Part shown: positions 8,674 through 17,690 of the stretch, piece after piece
Position numbering within the stretch: position 1 is the first letter of the stretch
Layout: every line of letters starts with the position of its first letter
Origin: a virus
Taxonomy: Duplodnaviria; Caudoviricetes
Length of the DNA: 64,000 bases
Virus record (IMG/VR): IMGVR_UViG_3300037067_018912
Coordinates: 64,001-128,000 of that record
Strand: one strand, 5' to 3'
The notes under the pieces: model-generated
Told to the model about the DNA's origin: nothing
Databases searched by the model: none
What the model saw: only the letters and a program-made list of their open reading frames with translations
Program-made: the position numbers and the translations under genes

Positions 8674-9401
8674 CATTCTTGAACAGCGTATTCACATTTC
8701 CGACAAATTATGTCCGAACCTTCCGTGCTCTGCAACATTTGCAATCTTCGTCTTTCAATATTAAATTCTTCCGACTCATAATCGTGTTCATACAGATTAC
8801 CGATCTTGTGTTTTAATCCAAAATCTTCACAGCACATATAAAGGTCTCCATTGGGGAGCATTGTGTTTTCATAAAACACCAAATCTTTATCGAAATGGTC
8901 GCAACGTAATCTTCCGGTCTTGAATACCGGATCGGGAGTTTCAAGATTGCCCGCCCTTGATTTTATATCAGGAGTATCCCCGTTCCTATATATTATTTCG
9001 ATCTCGTTTGTAAATCTCGCTTCACCGTAGTTAAACAATCTTCTGTTGAAATTTTCCCCCGTGTATCTGTGAAAGAAAACTGTTTCGAATTTAATTTTCG
9101 AATTAACGAGCCTGTCAGCCTTCTCTTTGTCAATCCCCTGCATTGTCGAATACAAACCGATCTTGCGACCATCGTTGTATGTATATATCATCATATCAAC
9201 AAATTCGGGATTGAAAAAATTCTCACCGACTCCAGCAAAATTGACGATGATGTCCTTATCAATGTTCTTCAACAAAATTTTGAGGTTTTCAAGTGTCAAA
9301 AGCCTCACATTTCTTCTATATGCGGTCAACAAAACTTTTTGGGGGCAATACCAACATCCAACGGGACATCCAACAATTGTTGATAGATTAATTTCCTTCA
9401 T
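8673..9401 (-). CDS. radical SAM protein with SPASM/twitch domain
   Basis: CPVGCWYC (CxxxCxxC), GVGENF, NGDLYMCC..D, IGNL, terminal CRKC. Confidence 0.85.
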   Translation of the reverse strand: MKEINLSTIVGCPVGCWYCPQKVLLTAYRRNVRLLTLENLKILLKNIDKDIIVNFAGVGENFFNPEFVDMMIYTYNDGRKIGLYSTMQGIDKEKADRLVNSKIKFETVFFHRYTGENFNRRLFNYGEARFTNEIEIIYRNGDTPDIKSRAGNLETPDPVFKTGRLRCDHFDKDLVFYENTMLPNGDLYMCCEDFGLKHKIGNLYEHDYESEEFNIERRRLQMLQSTEGSDIICRKCEYAVQE

Positions 9402-9966
9402 GAATCTCTTTGGAATTATTTTTTTTCAATTTCGTCTTGATGTAATTGACTCTGTTGCTGACCGTGGTGCTCGTGAGATTGAATTCACTACCAATCTCAT
9501 TATAATCATATCCTTGCACGTATTTCATACTCAACAAAGTATAATCCTCCGGTGATAATTGGGTTGACAAATATGCAACAGAACTACTACTTTCGAAATC
9601 CGTACTGTAGGAAATGTTCAAATCCACTCCGGAAGAGCAGGTCACACAATAACAATTGTCAGGCATTATAATGTTGCAGCAATGTGAAGTGATATTACTT
9701 CTATACTGATCAATCATATAATTCTTGGCAACGGTTGTTAACCAAGTTTTAAAACCTGATTTCTCCCGATCGTATTTATCAAGATTGTAAAAGACTTTGA
9801 TTAATATCTCCGATGTGTAGTCATCAAAATCACCGGAAGGCACTTTAAATTTATTTTGTTTCAAATAGTTCTCAACAACCTTTTTGTATTTGTTGAAAAA
9901 CTCATCCTGCGCCTTAGTATTTCCGCTCAGAACGCATTGGATTAAAAGGTTTGTATCTTCGATCAT
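9388..9966 (-). CDS. ECF-type RNA polymerase sigma factor
   Basis: region 2 (FKTWLTTVAKNYMIDQYR) and region 4 (GYDYNEIG..TVSNRVNYIKTKLK). Confidence 0.85.
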   Translation of the reverse strand: MIEDTNLLIQCVLSGNTKAQDEFFNKYKKVVENYLKQNKFKVPSGDFDDYTSEILIKVFYNLDKYDREKSGFKTWLTTVAKNYMIDQYRSNITSHCCNIIMPDNCYCVTCSSGVDLNISYSTDFESSSSVAYLSTQLSPEDYTLLSMKYVQGYDYNEIGSEFNLTSTTVSNRVNYIKTKLKKNNSKEIHEGN

Positions 9967-10960
9967 AAGGTTTCTTCAATCTATATGTAAAATAATCATC
10001 AACGGTCAACCCCCTCGCCCCACGCAGACTTTTAATAACAGCATTTATACCCTGCTTCTTTCTTAATTCATCCAAATCATCATTCGTAGGAAGTTTAACC
10101 AATTTGACTCTTTCCTCGCAGCCTACATAGATATTTTTCAACTGATAAAACAGGTTGATAGCCTCTTTGTATGCGTCCGGGTCTAACAATACCACAACAT
10201 CAGGTCTCAATTCTTTCAATTTTCTAAACAATGTGAGCGATAATGTTTTCCCAAGCATGGGTATACAATTAACAGGAAAACTGAACATTTCAAACACACC
10301 CTCAACAAGATATACAGTAGAATCCCAATTTACAAAACCTTCATTAAATATAATAGCGTCCTTATTCGATTTCGGATTATCGTATTTACCTTTTTTTACT
10401 TTTCTATCATAAGTCCTCGCAACAAAATAATTCACTTCGCCATTTGCATCGTAAGACGGTATTATTATCCTCTTTGCATATTTCCCGGTTGTGCAAAAAC
10501 CAAGCCGATATTTCAAAATGATACTCTTGTCAATCATTCTGTCAAGTACCATATAACTATACGCCTCAAAATGTTCCGAATTTCCCCCTTCCATTTGAGA
10601 AAAATAAATCATTTCCTCCGGAAGTTGAACTGGGACGTATTCTTTTTCATCTTCCTCCCACGAATAATCATCACCGTAAATGCTTGCATACGATTTATAA
10701 ATCTCGTAATCAGCATCCGATCCGAACATCCTAATCAACCTACCCAAAGAACCGGAGAATTTCGGTTCGTCGCACTTCCAACACCTGAAAACCCGTTTTG
10801 CGGTGTTGATTTCAAGGTTGAATTTTTCGTCAGGTTGGTGTAATCCTTCCCTTTCTTGGCAGCGGGGACAGTTGACCTGCACTTGCTCCGATTCCAAGTA
10901 TCCATTGACATCTTCGAAGATGTTCTGGATTATCGAATGAAACTCTTCCCCCCTGATCAT
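9914..10960 (-). CDS. dnaG: DNA primase (Zn finger + TOPRIM)
   Basis: CPRC..CWKC, RIIIPSYD, YFVAR, KYDNP, LVEG, LDPD; start set to ATG 10960. Confidence 0.88.
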   Translation of the reverse strand: MIRGEEFHSIIQNIFEDVNGYLESEQVQVNCPRCQEREGLHQPDEKFNLEINTAKRVFRCWKCDEPKFSGSLGRLIRMFGSDADYEIYKSYASIYGDDYSWEEDEKEYVPVQLPEEMIYFSQMEGGNSEHFEAYSYMVLDRMIDKSIILKYRLGFCTTGKYAKRIIIPSYDANGEVNYFVARTYDRKVKKGKYDNPKSNKDAIIFNEGFVNWDSTVYLVEGVFEMFSFPVNCIPMLGKTLSLTLFRKLKELRPDVVVLLDPDAYKEAINLFYQLKNIYVGCEERVKLVKLPTNDDLDELRKKQGINAVIKSLRGARGLTVDDYFTYRLKKPYDRRYKPFNPMRSERKY

Positions 10961-10963
10961 ACA

Positions 10964-10994
10964 CAAATATAAACAAAATTTGCCCCAAAACAAA
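10964..10994 (-). promoter_or_regulatory. Bacteroidota primary-sigma promoter (TTTG-N19-TATATTTG)
   Basis: exact consensus, ending 3 nt before the primase ATG. Confidence 0.7.
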
Positions 10995-11036
10995 GGAATT
11001 GGAGCAAATCGGGTAAGATTTCAGACGGTGTTGATG

Positions 11037-11567
11037 CTACACCCTGTATTTCCTTTTGTTTGCGAGAAAAGGAAAGAACGATACAATTTTTTCAAGGAAT
11101 GCAGGAAATTTAACTATTAAATTTCCATTACCGGAGTTTAAATTATAACCCTTTGAAATAAAGTAGTTCTGCAATTCATCGAAATACTCGACAACTTTGA
11201 TTTTCAATGCATTTTCATCTACTATTCCGGCATTGGTCTTCATTTGTTGGTATTCTCTGAATATCTTTGCGTAATCCTCTTTCGCCACTTCTGCTTCCTT
11301 CCGGAGTCTTTCATTCTCCTCGGTCAGAAGTGTCATTTGTTCGGTGAGCCAATCGGTACTCATCGTATTCGGACGGTCATCGACTTCAAGCAGATCATCA
11401 TTCGCTTGTTCGCCGATTTTTGGAAGTCTGACTTCTTGCAAGAGTGTATTGGCCATCTGTTTGGCTTTCAAATCCCTTTCTTCTTCAGGTGTAAGGGTCT
11501 TTTCCTCTTCCTGTTTCTCAGACTTTTTATCACTTTTCGTGAATTTAAGTAAACCTTCTTTTCCCAT
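11037..11567 (-). CDS. hypothetical coiled-coil protein
   Basis: 176 aa ORF with a heptad region (LTEENERLRKEAEVAK). Confidence 0.7.
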   Translation of the reverse strand: MGKEGLLKFTKSDKKSEKQEEEKTLTPEEERDLKAKQMANTLLQEVRLPKIGEQANDDLLEVDDRPNTMSTDWLTEQMTLLTEENERLRKEAEVAKEDYAKIFREYQQMKTNAGIVDENALKIKVVEYFDELQNYFISKGYNLNSGNGNLIVKFPAFLEKIVSFFPFLANKRKYRV

Positions 11568-11570
11568 GAT

Positions 11571-13064
11571 TTATTCAATTATTAGATTGGTATTGAGGTG
11601 GGCGACCAATCCGAAAACATCGTTCCAAATAAATGCGTCAGCCGCTTTTATTGCACCGACGAAACCTTTCTTATGATGCCATTCCTCCGTACCTGTGAGG
11701 CTTGAGAGATACCTGACGGTTACACCCAAATCCTCGTTTAATGTTTTTAACTTATTGTCACCCACCGAATAACTAACATTCCTTTTCCTGTGGATGTGAC
11801 CGACATGCCATTCGTGGAACTTCGTTTCGCTCCACATCGGTTTTGATTCTATATCACTCGCCATTATTAATGGCAACGAACCTTCTTTCTCCTCGCTACC
11901 ATGCGTGAAACCAAGCAGTACATTACCAAAACGGTAATACTTCCTCGGTGATGCGCCGTCGTTGACACTCACCATTTCATCATCCTTAAACCATGCGAAT
12001 AAATATTCTCCCATATAGAAACTACGTTCAAAATCATGGTTTCCTGGAATAACAATAACATCTACCGGGACTCCGGTTTGTTTCAATAGATTTATTGCGT
12101 CAACAAGCAATCTCACACCAATCTTGAACGTCTTTTGCCAACGTAAGTCCTCGTCTTGTTGAGTACCCTTGGTTGTGGTGTTGAATATCGTATCCGAATT
12201 GAAGAAATCGTTCCCAACCGGAAAGAGTATTCTTGAATAAGGGAATCCGCTCGCCCGGTAAACAAGTTTTTCAATTGCTGTCAAGAATCTCTCCCGTGCA
12301 ATTTTCACATCGTAATTTTCCCCGGTTTCTCCACCCCAACCAAGTTTACCCAAATGCAGGTCGAAAATGGAAATTTCAAGTAGGTTATTTTCATCACCTT
12401 GTGAAGGAATGTGTGATTGAACATTAAGTATCGGTGGTCTATATTCTTCGACCATATCTTTGAATATTTGCACCATATCCAAAGTTTCCTCAATTTGGAA
12501 ATTCTTTTCAAGACGTGCCTTGACTTGGAAGTTCTGTATTGTTTCGGCGAAATCACCTTTCCAACTTGTGACATCCCATTTATTAACGATATAATCCTTG
12601 ACTTTCCACAAGTTCAGATCAACTTGGCAGATTTCAAGCAATTCGTCAAGGGTTTTGATGTGATCAGCAGGATAGTTCATGCCGCTCTTCCATTCGATTT
12701 CCGCTTGGCCTCCATTGGCATTGAACTTAGTCTGTTCACCTTTTGTCAAGGGAGGTAGGTCTTTAGGTTTGGTTTCAGGACCTGGAAATTCTCCATGTGT
12801 TTGTTGATCGTAATATTCTTTCGGTGGTAGTTCTACAAATGGTATGGCTGAAAGGTTTTCGTAACGTTTATACGCCGTATCGAACATATTGAACAGTTCT
12901 TCGTTGAGGATACCCTTTTCGTATAATTCGTAGACTTTCGCCTTGGTGTTCTTTACATAAGTATCGGATTGGTCACACAATACTGACGCCTCTTTTACTG
13001 ATACTTTGTTTTTAATCGCATAATTAATGATTCTTATCGCTTTTTCAATCCGTTCTCTTTTCAT
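11571..13064 (-). CDS. calcineurin-like metallophosphoesterase with an N-terminal HTH-like extension
   Basis: DLHLG, GNDFFN, GNHD, THG, GHIH motifs. Confidence 0.85.
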   Translation of the reverse strand: MKRERIEKAIRIINYAIKNKVSVKEASVLCDQSDTYVKNTKAKVYELYEKGILNEELFNMFDTAYKRYENLSAIPFVELPPKEYYDQQTHGEFPGPETKPKDLPPLTKGEQTKFNANGGQAEIEWKSGMNYPADHIKTLDELLEICQVDLNLWKVKDYIVNKWDVTSWKGDFAETIQNFQVKARLEKNFQIEETLDMVQIFKDMVEEYRPPILNVQSHIPSQGDENNLLEISIFDLHLGKLGWGGETGENYDVKIARERFLTAIEKLVYRASGFPYSRILFPVGNDFFNSDTIFNTTTKGTQQDEDLRWQKTFKIGVRLLVDAINLLKQTGVPVDVIVIPGNHDFERSFYMGEYLFAWFKDDEMVSVNDGASPRKYYRFGNVLLGFTHGSEEKEGSLPLIMASDIESKPMWSETKFHEWHVGHIHRKRNVSYSVGDNKLKTLNEDLGVTVRYLSSLTGTEEWHHKKGFVGAIKAADAFIWNDVFGLVAHLNTNLIIE

Positions 13065-13101
13065 ATAACAAGAAATTTTAATAAAAAGTCTTATTTTATA
13101 T

Positions 13102-13133
13102 CAAACTTACCTGATAAATACCAAAAACGCAAG
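13102..13133 (-). promoter_or_regulatory. host-type promoter (CTTG-N20-TAAGTTTG) with a nested late motif GTATTTAT (13114-13121)
   Basis: both motifs lie upstream of the ATG at 13064. Confidence 0.55.
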
Positions 13134-13136
13134 GTT

Positions 13137-13475
13137 TTATAAAAATACATTGCCGTTTTTTTTCAGAAAAATCAAATTTTCTTCGATCTTCTTACATTCA
13201 TTGATAAAAGCGATCTCATTTTCTATCGACATCTCGAACCATTCACCCTCTCTCCGAAGATGGGAGTGCCTTGCCTGTAATGCTCTTTCGATTTGAAAGG
13301 CATAATCGGATGGATACGTTTCAACCAATTTTAAAGGAGATTGATTCCCGGTTTGAAGTTCCCCAACCCGTTGCCGGGGATGTTTTGAAACGCCGATTTT
13401 GTAATAACTGTTTTCCAGTGATTGGATCAGATATACGTATTTAATTTTGTCTTGCGGATTTGTTGGTTTCAACAT
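13137..13475 (-). CDS. GIY-YIG superfamily (MUG113/T5orf172-like) protein
   Basis: YVYLI..YKIGVS..RVGELQTGN..IE..GEWF. Confidence 0.85.
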   Translation of the reverse strand: MLKPTNPQDKIKYVYLIQSLENSYYKIGVSKHPRQRVGELQTGNQSPLKLVETYPSDYAFQIERALQARHSHLRREGEWFEMSIENEIAFINECKKIEENLIFLKKNGNVFL

Positions 13476-13478
13476 GAT

Positions 13479-14090
13479 TTATTTAATAATCCCCAATTGT
13501 TTTAACCCGGCATACCCCACGGCATAACTATCAGACATATCGAAGCACATCTCCCTCGGCTCATTGCTCTTCTCCTTGTAAACCCATTCGATTTGAGGTT
13601 CTAATTTACATACCTTCTCCCAAATGTATAACTTCTTTTGATCCCTGTATTTTTCGGGGAAGGAAAGAGTTTCGATCTTCTGTCCCTTCTTGTATGAAAC
13701 CCTGACAAGTTCGGAGCAAAATGCCTTTCTTGAATCATAAACACTGATTTTCACCGGGTATATATCGAAGATTAGAAACATGATATACCTGCAAATGCCA
13801 TTGAAACCGAACAGTAACGCTGCTGTTGATGGGTTGTTACTCCCACCCAATGGTTCTTCAACAATGATATTGGCAATTTCGCCGTTGAGGTTATTGAAAA
13901 TGTGGTTCTTATATTCAAGAACCCACTTCTTAAAAATCTCAGCCTTATGAATTTCCCTGTCGACGACCGGGACTTTCTTACCTATTTTTAATTCAAGGTG
14001 TTTGAGTTCAATCAGTTTCCCGTTACTGTCCCATAACGCACTACCGATATTAGTGGTGCTAATGTCCAATGACCAATTATATTTTTCCAT
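13479..14090 (-). CDS. ruvC: RuvC-like Holliday junction resolvase
   Basis: LDISTTNIG, IVEEP, DMSDS acidic catalytic motifs. Confidence 0.75.
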   Translation of the reverse strand: MEKYNWSLDISTTNIGSALWDSNGKLIELKHLELKIGKKVPVVDREIHKAEIFKKWVLEYKNHIFNNLNGEIANIIVEEPLGGSNNPSTAALLFGFNGICRYIMFLIFDIYPVKISVYDSRKAFCSELVRVSYKKGQKIETLSFPEKYRDQKKLYIWEKVCKLEPQIEWVYKEKSNEPREMCFDMSDSYAVGYAGLKQLGIIK

Positions 14091-14093
14091 AAC

Positions 14094-14324
14094 TTATTGA
14101 ACTTTAACGTCCTTTGTTTCCTCAATCAGGGATTGGATTTTCTTTGGGTTGTCAAGATAAAGCCTGATCAAATCTTCGATCACCCCCCCGATTTTTAGAC
14201 TCTTCCCTTTGCAAAGCGATTTGAATCTATTATGCAACCCTCCGTCGATAATAATAGATTTTGGCTTCGCACCGTTGAGTGCAAGTAAATCTTTCATATT
14301 TATTATAAATTTTTTGTTCTCCAT
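14094..14324 (-). CDS. ribbon-helix-helix-like DNA-binding protein
   Basis: KSIIIDGGLHNRFKSLC..KIGGVIEDLIRLYL. Confidence 0.6.
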   Translation of the reverse strand: MENKKFIINMKDLLALNGAKPKSIIIDGGLHNRFKSLCKGKSLKIGGVIEDLIRLYLDNPKKIQSLIEETKDVKVQ

Positions 14325-14329
14325 TCATA

Positions 14330-14337
14330 ATAAATAC
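14330..14337 (-). promoter_or_regulatory. putative late promoter GTATTTAT
   Basis: immediately upstream of ORF 14094-14324. Confidence 0.55.
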
Positions 14338-14370
14338 TGAAGGATTATAAAAAATTATAAAATTTTATGA

Positions 14371-14931
14371 TTATTTTGAATAAATAATGTGGTTCAATTC
14401 TTTCAGGATACCGTTTTCTCTCGCAAACGCATCCTGTTCATACGGCCTTTTATCGTATGGAACTTCCATCATGTCGATCGTTTCACCCTTATAAATCACT
14501 TTCGGAACTCCAATTATTTGAATGAGTTCGCCTTTTTCCATCTGATCCAAATGAATCAATTCGTGTGAAAGGAATTTTTTTACTGAAATCGGCAAAACGC
14601 CTTTTTTTATAAGAATTATGTATTCGTGGGGATGGTCGTCGAATTGATTCTTTTGAATAAATCCAGAAATTTCATAATTATCATTACCCCATTCTCTTGG
14701 AAAGTAATATATCGTAACAATTGCCGTGTCGTATTTAAGAATCCTGTTCAATATCACCATCGCCAAAGTGTCTGCACGCTTGTGTTCAGTGTAATTGTTC
14801 ACAATCATCGTTTCCGGAAAATCGAAATGTCTAAATCTCTTCTCCCGTTGAATGTTTATAATAATGGTGATTATTATCCCGATTGCAAGTAATGCAAGAA
14901 ATATCACGAATATCAGCCAAGATTTTTTCAT
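14371..14931 (-). CDS. membrane-anchored zincin metallopeptidase
   Basis: N-terminal TM; HELIH plus downstream PYEQDA. Confidence 0.75.
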   Translation of the reverse strand: MKKSWLIFVIFLALLAIGIIITIIINIQREKRFRHFDFPETMIVNNYTEHKRADTLAMVILNRILKYDTAIVTIYYFPREWGNDNYEISGFIQKNQFDDHPHEYIILIKKGVLPISVKKFLSHELIHLDQMEKGELIQIIGVPKVIYKGETIDMMEVPYDKRPYEQDAFARENGILKELNHIIYSK

Positions 14932-14933
14932 AA

Positions 14934-15680
14934 TTAAAAATCAACTGCGAAAACAATCGTTCTTGAAATGCTTGAATTCTTTGGGACGGGGTTGTTCAAC
15001 TTACCAATAGCCACAAGGTTCTTTTCGCTATCATACAATCCTATTTCTGTAATATACACCGGAGACGCACTGTCCCACGTCGGATTCGTTGTCGAATTAA
15101 ATTGATTGAGTGGTAGATTTATTGCCAAATCCATTGTATAAGCGATCGCTTTGGCATCGGCAGACACATTTCCAATGAAATATTGTTCTTCTCCAAATGA
15201 AAGCGCATCAGGTGCTGTTTTTTCGGGATAATCAAGATATTCAAGATTGTAAATCGGCATCTCAACAATATTATTGTACTTGTAGATCGGGACTTTAAAG
15301 ATGCTTCCACACAAGTATTCTGAGGTCAACAATTGTCCAACGGTAAATCCTGTATAATAATCCTCAATTTGGTTAGTCACGTCGTATTTTCTCCAATTGG
15401 AAGCAATCGGTTTCACGTCATTAAGGCTGCTGTATGCGTTGTTGTTTATCAGTTGAACGAGCACATAAATTTTGTTTACAGTATATCCAGTACCACCGTT
15501 AAAACCTGCCGCCAAAAACTTGAAATCGTCAACATCATTGAAATAAATGTTGACTTCCTTGTTAACGACAGTCTCCAAAGGGAGGCTATTGATATAGTTG
15601 CAATGAATTGCTGTGCTATATCCATTGCCGGGGGTCGTCTCCAACAGGTAACTGAAAAATACTGTGTATCCGTTCGCCAT
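14934..15680 (-). CDS. tail/baseplate structural protein with the C-terminal half of a tail-collar (DUF3751-like) domain
   Basis: YITEIGLYDSEKNLVAIGKLNNPVPK. Confidence 0.65.
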   Translation of the reverse strand: MANGYTVFFSYLLETTPGNGYSTAIHCNYINSLPLETVVNKEVNIYFNDVDDFKFLAAGFNGGTGYTVNKIYVLVQLINNNAYSSLNDVKPIASNWRKYDVTNQIEDYYTGFTVGQLLTSEYLCGSIFKVPIYKYNNIVEMPIYNLEYLDYPEKTAPDALSFGEEQYFIGNVSADAKAIAYTMDLAINLPLNQFNSTTNPTWDSASPVYITEIGLYDSEKNLVAIGKLNNPVPKNSSISRTIVFAVDF

Positions 15681-15687
15681 AGTATGT

Positions 15688-15695
15688 ATAAATAG
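15688..15695 (-). promoter_or_regulatory. putative late promoter CTATTTAT
   Basis: 7 nt upstream of the ATG at 15680. Confidence 0.5.
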
Positions 15696-16427
15696 TTAGA
15701 ATTTCAATATCATATTATCCCTGTCAACATAAACCACACCGTATGTGTTCGTCCCGCCTGTTAACGAGATGTTCGGGTCGAGCCAATCCGTATAAGCATT
15801 CAAATCAATTTGGTAATCAGGTATGATTAAATCTTTTGAATACCTGTATTTAAAATATGTCTCAATAAAACCTGCCTGAAATGAGATCGTTCCGGCTATA
15901 GTCTTAGATGGTCCACTCATAGATTCAATAACTTCGGCATGTATTTGGTCACTAACATCGAGATAGGTGAACTGACTACTGCCCGTGACACCTGTAATTG
16001 GATTTATGGCAGTTATTGAATATGATACAGTTCTGTTTGACGCTAATGGCTCACCATTCAATGTTTTGAACCATAAATAAAGCATTATGTTCGTATCCAC
16101 CGGGGTATCACCAAAATAATGCTCTGAACGATTCGTGGCATCTTCATTGAATATCAACAAGGTGTCTTGTGATTGGCCGACAACCATGCGATCCCCCGGA
16201 ACAACCGTTGTGGTTGTTGTTGTAACGAAAGGATCGACGATTATTTCCTTTTCATAAACACATCCATTCGAATCAGTGAAAACAAGAGTATATTCTCCAT
16301 CTTCCACATCAATAAACGAATATGTCCCCGTCTCAGTATGAACGTTCGCCGGAATGAAACTCGGTGTCAGTTCAACTGTAACAGGCATCGCCCCGTTTGT
16401 TATAGTATAAAAAATCGTCGCCGCCAT
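15696..16427 (-). CDS. virion structural protein with SprB/Ig-like domain and poly-Thr linker
   Basis: GEYTLVFTDSNGC; TTTTTT linker. Confidence 0.65.
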   Translation of the reverse strand: MAATIFYTITNGAMPVTVELTPSFIPANVHTETGTYSFIDVEDGEYTLVFTDSNGCVYEKEIIVDPFVTTTTTTVVPGDRMVVGQSQDTLLIFNEDATNRSEHYFGDTPVDTNIMLYLWFKTLNGEPLASNRTVSYSITAINPITGVTGSSQFTYLDVSDQIHAEVIESMSGPSKTIAGTISFQAGFIETYFKYRYSKDLIIPDYQIDLNAYTDWLDPNISLTGGTNTYGVVYVDRDNMILKF

Positions 16428-16440
16428 TTATTCAATTCTA

Positions 16441-17688
16441 TTATTCTATTGAAGGAACTGTCCCTCCACCTGTTGTTGGAGCAGCACCGCTTACATATGA
16501 AGTTTCATTCGTCCTTTTCGTTGTTGATGTGGTGCGTGTCACATCTTCACTTCCACTCACTGCATGGATACAAACACATCCTTTTGTTGCAAAATAATGA
16601 GTCAAATCAGAACCAACTGTGACATATGATTTACTCCAAAATACATAATTGGAAAGAGCGGATTTTGTTATGTTGTTCAACACCAACGAACCATTCTGTG
16701 AAACGATATGTGTCCCACTGGAAGAAAGTGCAGTTGCTTTAGTGGTTTTTGTTGCCCCTTGATAATAATATGCACAAGAATAAACCGCCCTGAGTGTATT
16801 TTGGGTGTCCGTATTCGCAATAAAATTAATCGTCACATCAAAAGTTTCCGCATCCGATAAATAACCATCAAGAGCCAAACATGAACTGCGAGTCCATTCT
16901 ATTCCACCACTATCTCCGTCCAACGGGTCCATCGTATTCGTCAAGGTTTTAAAACAAAGTATTGCAGGTCCAAGAGTTGGAGGTGCTGCCGTTGTTGTTG
17001 GTGCAACATAATTAAGATTCGATTCCTTGCAATATGTGCTCTGAACAGGTGCACAAGATAATGTAAACGTCCCCGTATTAGCCGTAAGTCCTGCGACTTT
17101 TATTCTCGCATATCCGCTTCCTTCGAGTGCGCTTGTCTGCAATGATGTGCTCAGACTCCATGTTATTGCATCTCCATAATTAACTGTTTTTGTAATGTAT
17201 GTAATGGGATTGCAAGAATTGTTAGCATTGAGATACTGCCCAAAACTTACGTTTGTGCCACCACATGTCGCACAATTAAATGAGACACTATTGTTTGTGT
17301 TATTCGTATTGCACGTGACAAGGCATAATTTAACATCATAACTTTCACCAGGTTGCAGATTTGGACTTGTGCAAAGGCACGTGTTTCTGTATGCACAAGA
17401 TTTTACACTTGGCATATATCCCTCACCAACCAACATAATAGTCTTTGGAGTGGCCAAATCCGGTATGTAATGTGCCGGAGTTGAACGTGTACAACCGCTA
17501 ACATTTCCAATTTGGTCTGTCACTTTCACACAATATGAAGTGTTCGGTAACAACGAACTGATCGTCACACAAGTACCAGAATAGTCGATTCCTTTTTGGT
17601 AATCGTATGAACAAGCACCAACCGCTTTGCAGACCTGAATGAGAAACGGTGGTTTATCTCCACATATCTTGAATTTAATTTCCGCCAT
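16441..17688 (-). CDS. Cys-rich virion protein (FN3-like plus beta-sandwich repeats)
   Basis: LLPNTSYCVKV FN3-like motif; 21 Cys in 415 aa (manual count). Confidence 0.65.
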   Translation of the reverse strand: MAEIKFKICGDKPPFLIQVCKAVGACSYDYQKGIDYSGTCVTISSLLPNTSYCVKVTDQIGNVSGCTRSTPAHYIPDLATPKTIMLVGEGYMPSVKSCAYRNTCLCTSPNLQPGESYDVKLCLVTCNTNNTNNSVSFNCATCGGTNVSFGQYLNANNSCNPITYITKTVNYGDAITWSLSTSLQTSALEGSGYARIKVAGLTANTGTFTLSCAPVQSTYCKESNLNYVAPTTTAAPPTLGPAILCFKTLTNTMDPLDGDSGGIEWTRSSCLALDGYLSDAETFDVTINFIANTDTQNTLRAVYSCAYYYQGATKTTKATALSSSGTHIVSQNGSLVLNNITKSALSNYVFWSKSYVTVGSDLTHYFATKGCVCIHAVSGSEDVTRTTSTTKRTNETSYVSGAAPTTGGGTVPSIE

Positions 17689-17690
17689 AA

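Noticed and set aside
13137-13475. Mobile homing endonuclease
   Set aside because: Only a 112-aa MUG113/T5orf172-type domain with no DNA-binding extension or intron context
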